Shown: positions 13,201 to 27,825, counted from the first letter of the stretch. The stretch is DNA of 64,000 nucleotides from Lingula anatina (GCA_051362555.1 CM120640.1:9610001-9674000); one strand, 5' to 3'. The notes: generated by a model not told the origin, from the letters alone. Made by a program: numbers and translations.

Positions 13201-16200
13201 GTGTGTGTGTTTTCTATTGGGATGTTTTATTGGCACAACATGCTATTTACAAGAAATGACAACAGAATTAATTTGTGTTATTTATAAAGTCAGATCCCTA
13301 CAAAATTGAGTTATCGATTACTTTTTTTCTAAAAGCTCAGGCTAATTATTGTGGATGAAAGTGCCATCACCTAAAGCAATTTTAGGAAAATGTCTGGTCT
13401 TAATGAATTAAATACCCAATGCAGGTGTTTATATATGTGTATATGTCGTCATCATTTCTATTCCAGACATTTCCAGAACCGCTATGTTTTAACAAGAACA
13501 CAGGTGGTTTTGAAATTGTCACAGATGCTAAGAAGGAGTTGGCAAAACAAATAAAGGCTGCTGTTCGCTCAGCCAAGAGAACACCAAAAATTTACAGAGT
13601 CACCAAGAACCACAGCTTCAGTGATATTCCTCTTATTCCAATAGAAGAAGACACGGAACCAGAAAAGAGAGAGATCAATACCAGCTTTACTGTCAAGGTA
13701 GGAATATGTGGCCATACAAAATATCAAGTTGTCTGCTTCCTGGGTCTCTGTCACAGAAGATTAGAAAGGAAAATATGCAGGATTCATTCATAAGTTACCA
13801 TGTCATGAAGTCAGTTAAGTTGATTTCCTATTGATTTCTTATTAGGTGTTTTAAAAAAGCTCAGTGCTTTGTTGGTTGGGTGTTCAAAGCAAATTTAATT
13901 CAATTTACTTCATGGACTTAAAAGGTTGAACACTCATGGGAACAGCAGTGGAGGCACCCTCCATTTGGGACACAAAACTCCTAGACGCATGTAAACACTG
14001 TTAAAACTCCTGAATCACATTGCTGAAAAGTTTTCGAGATCAGTCTATCTTCGAGGAGATTCTTGCTGCATTGCACTCAGATTTAGTGGCTTAGATACCT
14101 GGTGTACTGAAGCTGCTAAGCAATAGTTAATTACCCCCTAACAGGTCATTAGGCGTGCCAGACTTCTAAGTTGGTTAAGTTGAGTGCAATTTTGTGAGAA
14201 TCCCCTTGGAGATGGATCGATCCTGCTAGATTGATCTAGGTATGGGGATGGGGTCCTAGTGGCCATGGTAAGGAGAAGAGACTTGATGATAAGGGTCTGT
14301 GCATATTCTTATAGTCTGCTGATTTCTGAAGTCTTTTAAGAAATTCTCAAATCAACTCAATCAGTGTCCATATATTTTGGACTGAAATTGATAAGGGTCA
14401 GCTAAAACATTGGATACTGCTATAACAGATATTTTATGAATATCCTATTAAATGTCAGTATAGATAATGATTTAACTTGAGACGTGAGAAATAAAAGATG
14501 GTTGCTTTTTTAAATATTACATTTGAGTCTAGTCTGATCATGACATAAATTCATTTCTCATGTAAGAACAATGCATTGCTGACTGGAAGGATTGATCTTT
14601 CTTAATACTGCATTTTCTGTTTTACCTATTAATTCATGAGCTGATTTAGGCCTATAAACTTAATTCAAAATTTGCTATAGCCTAATCTGTTATCTATGTG
14701 ATATCGGTTGGTCAAATTGCATTGATCATTTTCTTATTTATTTCACAAGTGTGTATTTAATATCTTGTTACAATCACAGGAGAATCAGCTGTCTCAGGCT
14801 TTAGATATTATCAATGATTTATTATTGAATGATCAAACAATGTTTTGTCAGCTGTCTACTTGCAGGTTCTCACCAAAAGGTGATCATATTATTTTTGGTA
14901 GATTCATACTTCAGTGATTTTTTTCACAAATTTTTGTATTTATTATTTCATTTATTTATTTTTATTTATTGTTTTAAAAGTAGTATCTCTTTGCTATATT
15001 CAAGTTGTTAATTGCTGCACCTCAAAATATCTAGCAACAACCATGCCCTCCTCTCTAGATCACATTGTACTCTTGAACCTATAAAATCAATCGATTCCAT
15101 TATTGTATTAGAAGCAAAAAAAGGAAAAGAAAAGAACATATTAACTGCAATTAGTGATATTGGCCAGAGATGGATTTGTTTACGTGGGGACATTCAGAAG
15201 TTGTTTCCATGCTGCAAAGTGTATTGAAATCAATACTTGACTGTGAACCCACTTCTTTGCACAATCTAAATCTACTGTATCATTGTAGTGCTAATGCATT
15301 TCGAACATACAGTTCATAGATTTTTTTACATTATTTGTACTGCTAGAAATAATTTCAATTGACTGCTACAATTAGTTTTTGAAGAATCCAAGTGGAAAAT
15401 AAATGATATAATGAAGGGATTATTTAGGGGATTGGACAGCTTTTTTAGGGTAGTTGAAACCCAGAAGTTATTTTTATTTAACAGGGGTCAGTGTGAAAGC
15501 ATTGGCTCATGGAAGACAATTTGTGAGTCTTAATTGAGAAAATATAAATTGATTTGGCATTTTGTATTTTTGAAAAATAAAAATAAAAATATTGTAAAGA
15601 TAAAAATTTCAGAAACAGTTGTTAGAGTACTAATAATTTATGTAATATATAAAGGAAGCATTCTGTTAAATTTAAAACAATTTTTTTCTTTAGACCCTGA
15701 ACAAAGAACAAGGAATCCATTGGATAAAGCGTGAGCGCCTGCCAGCTTTCTTGGAGAGTGACTGCTATGTGTTATACAGGCTTTCAAAGGTCCTCTGTGA
15801 GGTGCAGCTATCAGGGAACACTGGAGAATATGTTACCATTAAAATTGATCACACACCTAGACCGAGGAAGCGTCGAAAACGGGAAATGACCCCTCCTCCT
15901 GAAGTGGATGAGTCGGAGTCCTTGTTAAAGAACTGTTTCATATGTATGGGGAATGCTAGTACAACTGATACAGATGCTTGGGTATCTCAAGCTAAGATAG
16001 CACATGATACCAATGTGACTGTGTCAGGGGAAATCCGTCCATCAAGTGCTACAACTAGTTTCAAATCTCCTCGCCGGCCAACAAGTGGTCGTCCAGTCAG
16101 TGCCTTTAGTTCTGTGGACAGTTATCGTAATACAGATAGTGGACTTGGAATGAGTAGCCCAAGTAAGCTGGGCTCAATCTATGGAAGTGGTTATCATATA

Positions 16201-19200
16201 GAAGGGATTCCTGATGTTGAAAATGAAGATGATCTTGATGATGAAATTCAGTCTAGCAAATTGTTTGATGACAGTTCTAAGCCTCACACACCAAGGCCAT
16301 CAGATGTGGTGTGCTATATTGATGAAAGTATGACCAGTTACAGAAGCAGAGGGCCTGCATTTTATACCAACAAGCCAAATACAGACAGCCAAAGCAGACA
16401 CCAAGATGGTGACAGCCAGCTTATCTATGACACAAAATCTGTAGGTCGTTCAGATGATGAGGATTCTTCATTTTCAGAATTCCCAAGATCAGAGACCCCT
16501 GATTCTGAGACCTCATTAGATCTGACTGCAATCCAGGACTTGGATGAATATGCTGATGTTGTAGTCGCTACAGCCCTAAAGTATTCCTTTGCCTCTGCAA
16601 TTGGCAAAGACCCAGCTCGCATTGCTCAACTGCCTCAAATCAAAAAGCTTTTCCCAAGTGAGCGCTACATTGACACTACAAGGGAGAAATTGAAGGAAAT
16701 CTATCTGGATGCAAAACCAGTGCCATTTTTACACCAGACGCCAAAACAGCAAGATACCATGGGCAATTCTGAGAACACTGTTAGCAACAACAAATTGGCT
16801 TCACCTCCAGCACAATCAATAAATGCCAAAGAGGATAAAGCAAAGAAGCCTGTGAAAACTAAAGATGGTGGTTATGACAGTGAGGATTCTCTCTTAGGCA
16901 GTGATGATGACTATGAAGAGTCTGATACCATGTTCAGAAAGCACAAAAAGCAGAAGTCCTTTGGTTTGAATACTAAGAAAGGCATTGAGGAATTTAGGAA
17001 GTTTTTGAAGGGAACCCAAGGTGAAAAGAACTTAAATCTGTGGCTGGATATAGACAGGGGGAGACTGCTACCTATAGATGATCAAGAGGAAATACAGATG
17101 TAAGTATGATTGGAAGTGTGAATTGTATTGCCAGCTTTGAAAATCATAAATGCTGAAATATTTTCAGAATATTTAAACTTCATTTGGTATAGCAGTCTCA
17201 AAAAAAAAAAAAAAAAAAAAATTATGCCACTCTACATTTAGTGTGTAAACTTGTAAATTAGTAGAATTATACAACCATATATTTTAAATAAGTTATCAGA
17301 GTTAAAAGTGTTATTTCAGGTAAATTATAAGAACCTACTATTTCAGGTACCTGGCTGCTATGAGAGAACGGTACTTCAAGCATGGTTCTGTGATGGAGCT
17401 GTCACAAGCTGTCAAGCTAGCACTCAAGCTCACAAGACCAGAGTGCTGGACACTGGAAAAACTATTCTCTGTCCAGGAGAAGATTGCTGAACCTTTGGTG
17501 TGCTACTGGTAAGTGAAGGTTTTTAGTTCTCTATAAAACTTTATCAAATTCAATTTTGAGTAAAAGAAATTATATGAAATATTTACAAGTCCTTGCTTAG
17601 AATATTAGTTTTGTTCATTTAGTAAAGTAAAATGTTACCTTAACAAAAGTAATTAAAAGTAAATCAGGTGTAAGATGCAGATCCAAGAAGTTTATTTAAA
17701 CATTGAAAATGGATGTAACCCATGTCCCCAATCTATTTCCAGGGCACCAAGGTTCCTACTGAAGCAAACTGTGAAGTATCACCCAGAGAAGAACAAATTA
17801 TATCATCATCAAAAACTGCTACAGCCAGTCCCCAATGATCCATATCCCAACCCCCCAACTATGACACTGCTGCCCTTGAGACCCAAGTCCTGTGCACCCA
17901 GGTGTAAGCCAGTGGAGACGACTTCCACTGCCCCTCCACAGCCAGTTGAAAATGTGAGTATACCTTTTGGGATACAAACCCTGAAATAATTGAACAAACT
18001 GTTAGAGAGGCAAAATAACCTTCATTGAAAACTGGTAAGAAGCTTACAGGGTGTTTTGATTTATTTCATAAATTTTTATTTGCTAAAATAATAGGTGACT
18101 TGGGAAAGAGGGTCAAAGGCTATGGTTGTTATTGCAACTAATATCCTTTCTTTAACTAAAGCAAATTTCAAGGTATTTCAAAAGAAATAATTTTGTAAAT
18201 ATCAGCTAGTATATGCATCTTCAAGGTTGCCCACATTATAGTTATAATTTTTGTGAGCTTTTTCATTGTAAACTGAATTTCTAAATAAACAGTTGTATTA
18301 CCTAGAATGTGACAATTAATCATATTAAAATCATCTGACATTCAGGTGCCAAGTGTCTCTCCTGTCCAGTCAACCACATCACCTCTCGTTGGCTTAAAGC
18401 GAGTCTACTCCATTCCTGAGCATTTTCAACCTTACATACCAAGTATTAGCAAGGCCAAAAAGGAGCTAGCAAACTCTAAAGAGATACAGGAAGCATCTGA
18501 AAAGAAAACGAAGAAGAAAGAGCTGATTACACCAACTTTGGTACTTGATTCTGGGAGGCCTGACAGTGCAATTTCTGAGAGGTAATGAAGAGATTGTGTG
18601 TCTAAGAGTGTCTAGAAGTTAAAAAGTTTAAATTGAAAAAAGAAAAGTAAGTAATTTTAATAGCCAAAAATCAAATTAGTTTTCTTTGGTTACCTAGGAA
18701 GAAATATTATTATAAATTTTAATTTGATTTACTGAATATGAATTAAAAAAATTTTTCCACAGATCTTCACTTCCTTCAAGACCAAAAACAGCTCGCTCGT
18801 CAAATTGGGAAACACAGTCAAATGCCTCAGACAAATCAACAAAGAGACCCAAATCAGCTGACACCTCTTCTAAAAAGTCAACTCATGATCAGAGCAGAAG
18901 AAGCAGCACCAGTTCCATTTTTGAAGGTGGGAGACGCATGGAAGGACTTCTCCAGGCACTGAACTGTGAGAAGCAGGCTGGCATGTTCCTGAAACGATAC
19001 TTAGAAAAATCTGGAAATCAGGTAAAGCTTTGGGCCTTTTAGCAAACCAACTCCCATTCAGTTTCATTTCAGTAGTAAAAACAATTATTTTTTGTAAGTT
19101 GGATTTTGCAAATTTGATTAAAACCTATTTATATATCATGTGTACATGATTTTTTTTTCGATAACTTTGCACTGTAAGCAATTTGCAGTTTGCATGGTTT

Positions 19201-20727
19201 ATATATTTATCACTGAACTTGAATCACTGAACAAAAGCTGGTATAAACAAGTGTATTTTTATATGCATCTTTGGAGAAGAGAATAAAAAATTCAAAATGA
19301 ATCAAAAATTTCTCTTACAGCTCTGGATCAACTGCATTAGTTTCTGGAAGGAGGTACAGGAGTATCACCAGACATTTTATGAAGATGTAATAGATCCTTT
19401 TGCTTTATCCAAGAAAGCACAACACCTTAATTCTCAGTTTATTGTGGAGGGGTCCCCATTTAACATCGGTTGCAACAGCGACATGAGGAAGCAAATTAAT
19501 CGTCAAATTGACCCACCATTTGAAGAACTTTTTGATGCAGCAGAAGAATATGTGCTTCATGTTTTGTATGTGGCCTGGATGCAGATGAAAGTGAATGATC
19601 AGGAGACATATAAGAAAGTAAGATGAAAGAATCATAATGTTACATATATTTTGTAGAAGTCATTACGTTTAATGAATCAATGCAAAAAAGTGGATCGCTT
19701 TAATGATAAAAGAGAAACAAAGATCGTTTTAAGCGTTTATATTCACAGTAATTCCATTTAACATTTTAAGTGAGTTTATATAAAAAAATTAATTTATATG
19801 ATAAAGAAGAAACAAAGATTGTTTTAAGTATTTAAATTAGCATCACTGTTCACAACGTTTCCAGTAAATACATTGACAGTGATGAATGTAACTGCAAATG
19901 TGGAAATCAAGTCATTTTTATTATTTTATCACTTTATTTTTATATTCCTTAATTTATACATTTATAGATTGAGCTCATAGAGGTCAAGAGACAGCTGGAG
20001 ACAAGGTCCAAGTATGTGATAACATTACAGAAGAGAGGCCTGATCAGAGAGGTAAGAAATGTCTCACCAAAGTAATAACTAGAACTCAACCAACTTCCTC
20101 ATGGAATGATTCTTATGTTTGATCATTGTCTTTATTTTCCTTTATTTTATTATTATTATTTTTGTTCCACAATGTCTTTTGTTTTTAATCAATAAGTTTA
20201 GTCTCTGTTAATTTTTTTACATTGTCTCCATTTTAATTATCTGGTTTGTGTTCCACTGCACCTTTTGTTTTTAATCATTTATGTTTAGTTCTTTTGTCTC
20301 TGTTAAAGTTTTAGTCTTTTATTTTTAACTTTTCCGAGGATTGTTTTCTAAATTAATCTTTCCTTCTTCATAATATTTCATGTTCATTTGTTTTTGAAAT
20401 TTACAGTTTGAAAAATCTGCATATGAAAAGGTAAACTGAGTATAGTAAATGATGTTATTAACTGTGGCATTTGGGATTGTTTATGCATGATATATATATA
20501 TGTAGTTTAGGATGATATAACAATAACCATTATAGCTCTTTACAGTAACCTTGCTTATGCAGAGTTAAACATTGAATCTTGAGGATTGTTTAATCTGCAT
20601 ATTAGGGCAACCAGTTTTTACTACCAGCTCATTTAAACTAACAACAAATATATATATATAGGTGCTATGTTGCTTTATCAGAAACTAGTATCCTATTATT
20701 GTTAAAATGTCGAAACTTGTTGACTGT

Positions 20728-20774
<47 letters not shown>

Positions 20775-22384
20775 CTCAGCCCTTTTAACTTAAAAAGGTA
20801 ATTTGTCAAAGATACATTGAAGCTGTTATTACTGAAATTCAAACCATAGGGAGGGGTATGAAGACCAATAAATCAGAACAAAAAAAGTTTAAAAAAAGTT
20901 CTCATGTATTGCTATTTAGACAAGCCTCTTTTCTCTGGGTAATCAGATCTGAGAATCATTTTTAAATTCATTCATTTTATATCCCCATACTTTACTAGCT
21001 ATCACATGCAAAGAATTACTAATATAATATGCACTTGCTAAAATGAAAATACAGAATATATGCAGTAGCAGGTAGTAATTGTTTTGTTGAGAGAAAGAAA
21101 CATGAAAATAGGAAAGCATTAGTTAAATAATTAATGTGTTTATTAGCAGGATATGGTGTATTATGTATAATTAATGTATGACTGACCATATTAACAACAA
21201 ATATATTTTATTAAACAACTAACCCAAAGCAACAAAATTACAACTCTTTTTCAAAATTCTTTTAAATGAATCCGAAGTCCAGGCATTTGACTAAAGTTAA
21301 TTCGGTTTGTCAGTTCAAAATTGATTTTTCAAGAAACTTACATTTAAGTTATGGAAGTTTCATTGCATTTGAGTTTAATCCATATTATCTGATACATTCA
21401 ATCTTTTTTATCAGCTTTAGTTTTTTAGGTGAAAAACAGCTGTCTTCAAAAATTTTGCAAATACAGCTGATTTTCTTAAATCATGATTAACATTGAGTTT
21501 TCCTTTGATTTTTATCTCCTTAGGAATTAGTTGATGAAGAACCAACAGAGGGATACCAGGACCCAGTGTATGATGAATCATTGTGGGAAAAAATCCCAGA
21601 AGAATTCAGGGATTTTTCACTTTCAAACTTGGTATACAACCGAGTTGAACTAGAGGAGTTTCGCCTCTTTCTCAGTGATAACTACGCAAGTGTTGATTTG
21701 ATGTGCTGGATTGACATGGAGGCTTTCAGGAGGATACCCCATGAAGACACCAAGAGGAGGGATATGAAGGCCAAGGAGATCAAAACTAAATACCTTACCA
21801 AGAAGTATTTCTTTGGTCCAAATAGTCCAGCTGGGAAGGAGGGACAAAATAAGGTAAGTGAAGAGAATATATTTCCCACTCAAAAGTATAACCATCAGTT
21901 TCTTATGACTGTATCACTATGTTTCTAAAAATTAAGTACTTAAATGAATAAATGGACAAATATAATGCAAACAACAACACGACTTGATTTTGTAGAAAAA
22001 TTGATGAAATATTGAAATAATGATAATTATTGCTTAAATAGAAAAAAAGCTAATCAGGAATAATTGTTTTTTCTTTAGATTATGGAGTCTTGTGGGGGAT
22101 GGGGCAAGCTTTTAGAGGACAGGCCCCCCAATGAGCTAGTCTTAGAGGCACAAAAATACGTTCAAGACAGACTGGAGAAAAAATGGCTGCCAATGTTTCT
22201 GGCAACAGAAGAGTTTGCAGATCGTCAGCGTCCACAGTCCAGCATGAGTGATGTGGTGGATGATGTCATGTCACAGAGAAAGAAGAAAAACCAAGCTGTC
22301 TGGAAGGTAAGCAAAGAACTTAAATGTTTATGTCAAAAGTTTATCTGTTTGTACCATGTAGAAATCTTCACTCTGTTATAACAG

Positions 22385-22427
<43 letters not shown>

Positions 22428-25400
22428 TTCTTTGCAGATGCTAGAAAGCAAATGGGTTTCCTCCTCAAAAGAAATCATAGGCTTCCGCAAGGCTCTATTG
22501 AACCCAGTCACTTGTCTGCAGTTTAGAAAGTTTGTTTCTCTGAAGGGAGAGTTCCTAGAAAATGATGTGCTTTTCTGGTTGGAGGTGCAAAAATATAAGG
22601 TAGGAAAGCACATTCTGATATTTTAGAATAATTCTATGTAAGAAAACTTTTTAATTTCCAAATGTAATTTTATTTGTTTTATTTAAATTGCTTGAGTATT
22701 TTCTTATCTTAAATTGTCCTTTAAAAATCTTATAGAATCATTGTCATGTGCTCAGATGATAGAAGTTGGTGCAAGTAACTATGTATTATATTTTGCAGGA
22801 CATGTATCATGTGCACATGGACGATTCTTTGATCCAGCAAAAGATTTCGACAATCATCAATTGTTTCCTGGACTCCCAGATTCCTCCAAGCATTCAGATA
22901 GATGTCCCCACAGAGCAAGCTGAGAGGATATTGGAACGTAGGAGGGAGTTGGGGCCATACATCTTTAGGGAAACACAGGTGAGGTTGGGGAGGTCCCTAT
23001 AAGCATTTCATTATGCTACATACTGCTTTTTTATTGTGGGTCTTATTATGTTGAAAAAATATGAAAAAAATTTATATGTAAGAAATATCCATTACAGCTA
23101 AATCTCATGTTCATAGGGAAGTTGATTCATTCTGAGCAGCAAGAAATTATGTTAACTTTGTTTGCATACATAATATATCAATATCATTTTATTTTCAGTT
23201 GACTGTGTTTAGGGTTCTTTTCCAACACTGGCCAGATTTCCAGAACTACAGAAGCAATATCTCAGAGAGTAAACTGGTGCCTACATTGGACAGGCTGAAA
23301 AAGAGGGCAAGAGCCAAAGAAATGAAGAAACAACGAGAGTTAGAAGAATTGAAAGAAAAGGTGAATAATTATTGAGAGGTTATACTGATGTGATGCTAAT
23401 GAAATTACCAGTTTTTTCCAAATCTTGTTTGATCTACATGTATAGGAAATTGGTTAGTTGTCTAGTTAAGGGAGGAGGGGTCTTGCCTAGCATATAAAAA
23501 TTCAAGCTGCTTTCTTTTAGTTTCTTGAATTTAATCATCACACACTCACACAAACACACACACACAAATTTGTTTATTATATGTCTATAAAAGGCTAATG
23601 TCACTGTGGCAGATTTTATTAACATCTTATTTACTTATTTTTGTGAAAAGATTTGGTAAATTTTAAAAAAATGCATAAGATCTACATGTAAAGGTGCTTT
23701 GGTGGGAAAAAAGCAGCAGTTTGAAATTCATTGGGTGTTTGTTATGAAAGTTTGAAATTGAGCATTGTTATTGCATTAATAATTCTTGTTTTTGGTGATG
23801 TTATTAAATATTTACTGGTGTGAATGATTGACATTGATAAATTGTTTGTATTGTTATGCTTTTATGACACATGAATCTTGCTAAGGCAGTGGTACTGTAA
23901 ATGGAGGATTCTCAATTTTTACAACTATTTCTTTTGCATGTGTTCACAGAGGAAAAAGAAGGTTTGGGATGATTTCCAAACTGTAGATCTACCTATAGCT
24001 CTTACTAATGACCCCATTCTTGTCAAGGTTACTAACACTTATGAACTTTCATTTAGGACCTCTTCTTGTATAGCAGTCATTTAATGTGTTGCTTTTAGTG
24101 CACTTTATCTAATCCCTGCTTGTAGATTATTGCTAACCAACAACAGATTCCTCAGCACCAATTTGAAGACCATTTTTATCATCAAACTAACAAAAAACAA
24201 CAGAAGTCACCTCATGGGAAACCAAGGCAACAGAGGATACTATCTTTTTCATTATCTAGCATGTTAGATGAGGAGGTGACTAATTCTGAGGATTACTGTG
24301 ATGAATTGCAGTGGTGTGCAGAATAACTTCCTACAACTTTGCCTTCCTTGTTTTTGTTATCTTTTGTTCATCTGTGTGCAAATTCCAGGATTTTGACCAA
24401 ATCTATCAATGAATTTATACCCTTTTCTGCACATTTATTCTGTATAGTCATTTTTGTGTTTGAAATGTGTTGTGTGGACATGCTTGGTTGTTCTTGCAAT
24501 TCCAGTATCATTTCTGTTTGAATTTGTTTTGCCATCACTTATTGTGTGAAATCACTTTGTTTGAAGTGAGATCATTTTGTAAAAACATTGTCAAGTTAAA
24601 ATCCATTGAATATGATAGTGCCTAATATTTTGCAGCTTTTTATATGTCACTTTATATATGGCTGTTATGCTTTGCTTCATTGGACACTGCTTAAAAATAA
24701 TGAATAAAATATCAATACATACTTAGAAGCATTAAAAGTTGTGGTGTACATAATTATTAGGCATTTGAAGAATTAGGTCCGCTTCACAACAAGAGCTAGG
24801 TCACTAGTTGATTAACTATTTTTGACAGTGTTTATGCCAATTATGTGTGCTCATATATGCTGCATAGTCACATGTTTTAATTTTCATTATATATAACACT
24901 GTTTTTTTTTTTATTGCTGATTAGGAGGCTGCAAGACGGAGAGCACTGGGTCTGCCCCCAGAAGGTGAAGAGGGTGAGGATGATGAAGAGGAGGCATACG
25001 ATCCATTTGCTTCATTGAAGCCCAAAGGGAAAGATGAAGGGGAGGAAGAAGCAGTTGAGAGGGATAATGGCAAAGTGTCCTGGACATACTCGCAATACAT
25101 GTCTGCCTTTGCAGAGGAGGATGTTCTCAATAACACAGATGAGAGTACCTTCAGTTCCCTTGCTGATGCAGGTATGCAGCAAAAACTTCATATTTCAATG
25201 AGTCTGTTCACAAAAACTTGTTAATGATGTAAAGATAAATAAATAATTGCCCAAAAGAATTCACCATATTTAAATTGACTTCTTTATTTATTTATATTAG
25301 TAATGAAAAAGTTTTTCTTCACATAAAGAAAGATTTGAGCCAGGAAATTGATGTTGATCATCATATGAAATCTCCTCAATAATATTGTAATCATTACAAT

Positions 25401-26066
25401 GTCTTATTTTCAGCTTCACTCCTTGATGTCAGTTTGTTTGGTGACAGTGACAAGGATTCTAGAAAAAAGAAGACCAGGAAGGAATCAGTTGACAAGAGCC
25501 AGCAGACTGACCAAGAGAAAGCCAAACTTCCACCCAGTGGCAGTGAGGGAGCTACAGGTATCTTTTCCTTTTTTTCAGAACAATAAGTGGAGAAATCATA
25601 AGTGTAGATTGTCATCATATTCATGAAACTGTCTGTAAAGTTTATTTACTCTAGAGATCTACAAAGCCTGATTAAGCCACAGGGGAATATGTCACCATTT
25701 CACTAGTATGGATTACATTACATTACATTATAAAAAAAGTATCATTAGTGATAACCATGAATATTTCAGTTATACAAATTATCTGCACCGTTAGTTCAAT
25801 TTCATCATCTCAATCAATCAGGGTCAAAGCCCGGCAGTGCCAGACCAGGATCCAGGCCAGCCAGTGGCCAGGCAGCAGGCAAACCACAGGGACAGACAGC
25901 AGAACACACCCCCTCCCCTCCAGGTAGCAGACCCACCAGCAGCAGCCGCAAGGCCAGGGTGATGTCACCCAAGGAGAGAGAGCCTGCCGTCAAATCTGTG
26001 ACTTACATAGAAGAAAAACAGAAAGTCAGGCTGGGAAGAACAATACCACCCCTGGTCAGGAAATAG
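7206..26066 (+). CDS. RGS22: Regulator of G-protein signaling 22-like (multi-RGS-domain), ~1566 aa
   Basis: Exons 7206-7230, 7834-7862, 12812-12874, 13467-13697, 15694-17099, 17347-17508, 17743-17953, 18346-18581, 18763-19021, 19321-19617, 19968-20051, 21524-21853, 22079-22306, 22438-22599, 22799-22978, 23199-23360, 24925-25171, 25414-25557, 25822-26066 total 4701 nt in frame to TAG. The N-terminus MPQITVKIEPPEVEEEDLEDLLATDGLFIEYFNTFLSLPTFPEPLCFN and WIKRERLPAFLESDCY resemble RGS22. RGS-type helices are present (FWKEVQEY, CWIDMEAFRR, FRKFVSLKGEFLENDVLFWLEVQKYK). An RGS22 paralogue cannot be excluded. Confidence 0.9.
10666..10776. repeat. Local ~55-bp tandem duplication in RGS22 intron 2
   Basis: acagtcac(T)n..caaaa.ttt.atcctttgtaga.attaagcag occurs twice head to tail. 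Confidence 0.8.
11276..11299. repeat. (GA)n microsatellite
   Basis: Seen directly. Confidence 0.85.
12096..12128 (+). CDS. Candidate alternative first coding exon of RGS22 (MVTIREESRHF)
   Basis: ATG followed by exactly 11 codons and a gtaagt donor; phase 0 fits the exon at 12812 (EDLLATD). Confidence 0.5.
14035..14229. mobile_element. Foldback element, copy 2 (diverged)
   Basis: gagattcttgc..ttgcactca on the left versus tgagtgcaa..gagaatcccc..gatggatcgatcctgctag on the right. Shares the central ttaattacccc and the terminal gatcgatcctgctag with the other copies. Confidence 0.65.
20727..20773. repeat. (TTTA)n microsatellite; a similar run lies at 22386-22428
   Basis: Seen directly. Confidence 0.85.
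23950..23961 (+). CDS. Candidate 12-nt microexon (RKKK) of RGS22
   Basis: ttcttttgcatgtgttcacag|AGGAAAAAGAAG|gtttgg; phase 0-0 between exons 16 and 17. Confidence 0.4.
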
Positions 26067-27340
26067 GGTGTGTTGATCTGTTAAAGACTGGGGTCATACT
26101 GTAGTATTTTAGATAAAAATACAGACTTACTGGTAGATTTTTATTTTCCTATGAAGTATGTAAGTAAAGTTGACTTTTTTCTCTGTCTTAAGCAACAGTT
26201 TTTGATCCCAATCCCATAAATTCATTTCTTTACATACATTTAAGTCAGTTATTTTCCTCTACTTTTATATAATACAGTGTATTTTTATGAATGAGGTGTT
26301 TTGATATATATTTATATGCAAGAGAGAAACTAAAAACATGCAGGGTGAGTTGAATGTGTCAATTAAGAAAAATTATCAGTTTTCTGTCAAATCCATATTT
26401 GAATTCACTTTGTATCCATATTTGTATCCATAATATTTATGATTTGGACATCTAGTTTGCAAAGCCATAAATGTGATAACTCATATACAGAAATCATTTA
26501 GAGTCAACAGTTTCACCCTGTGATAAACAAACCTGATTATGCCATATAATGTATTTTTGTACTTGATGGTGAGGTACACTTATCATTCCCATCTGTCTTT
26601 GTGATATGATAAATATAATTGGTTATATATGTATATGCTTGATTGGGTGGGATAAATGACTAGTAATTTCCCTAATTTGCAGTTTTTGTTTAGGGAGGAA
26701 GGTTACACACTTATGCTTAAGAACAGTGAAATAAACAATTAACAACTAATTGCAAAAAGAAATGTGATATGTGCCAATGAAAGCAAAGTTTTTATGCAAG
26801 AGTTCAGCAGTTATGAAGGTATTTTTGTGAGAGGGAAGCTGTGCTGTTGTTAAAAGGGTATGTTTTGTGGTATAATTCTAGATTATGAGGTCTCATTGTG
26901 AAGGGTAGCAACACAGTATTAACATGGTATTTATATCAAAGTTTTAGCTTACTTAGGGTAATTTTTATAATTTTGCTGACAATCTGAATGAATATGTGTA
27001 GTGTTGGTAATACTATGAATGTGGTTCAATTTTATTTTTATATTTACTTATTTAGTTTGTGAAAGTATTTCAAAAGTATATTTAAAAAAAAGTTTTTTTT
27101 TTTTTTTTTTTTTTTTTGGGGGGGGGGGGGGTAAGGCAAGTTTTGTATTTATCTTAGTTTTACCAACCATGCTTTTAAAAAGTTCGCCAAGAATTTTTAT
27201 CTATTTTCCATATACTCCTAGTAGCTGATACTCTCTGTAGAAAGGATGCTTGATCTACACATATTTCCCATATATGCACAACATTTATATATTGTACATT
27301 TTCTACGCACCTGAAGTAAATTACCATATTATTGCCATTT

Positions 27341-27825
27341 TTACTGAATGAAGCTTCGGACGCAGGTTTTATTTTTATACATTTTTTCTAGTCTCCATGT
27401 TACATAATTAAGTAGCTCAAGGCCTTGTTGTCTGACAACTTGACCAACATCGGTGAAAAACTGCTGAATGTATAAAGTATTTTGTAGTGCTAATAAAAGT
27501 GATTTTTACTTAAATAATCAATATTCCTGGACTTTAATTATTTGATGATACCATACTCACAGTGGTAGAAGAGTGATTCACTCCAAAAGGCTTGACAGCA
27601 TGTAGCACTAAAGCTACCAGAACAATCACAGATTGATTCTTCACAAGAGATTAACAGATATATTTATTTCTCTGGCTAATTCGTGACATCTCAAAAGTGC
27701 ACATAATTAATCTATGCGTAAAAAGTTAAGCCAAGGTCCATTGCTCCGACAATCTATTAGATCTTACCTGTAACGGATGGAAGGTCTATTGGTTCGAAAT
27801 AATTATCCCTCTCCCTCCTATCCAT
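27341..27825 (-). CDS. Candidate unannotated spliced small ORF (68 aa), unknown product
   Basis: Exon 27825-27768 (MDRRERDNYFEPIDLPSVT, donor CAG|gtaaga) joins in phase to exon 27489-27341 (acceptor cttttattag; ALQNTLYIQQFFTDVGQVVRQQGLELLNYVTWRLEKMYKNKTCVRSFIQ*). A further gtaagt donor lies next to 28067. Confidence 0.4.
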
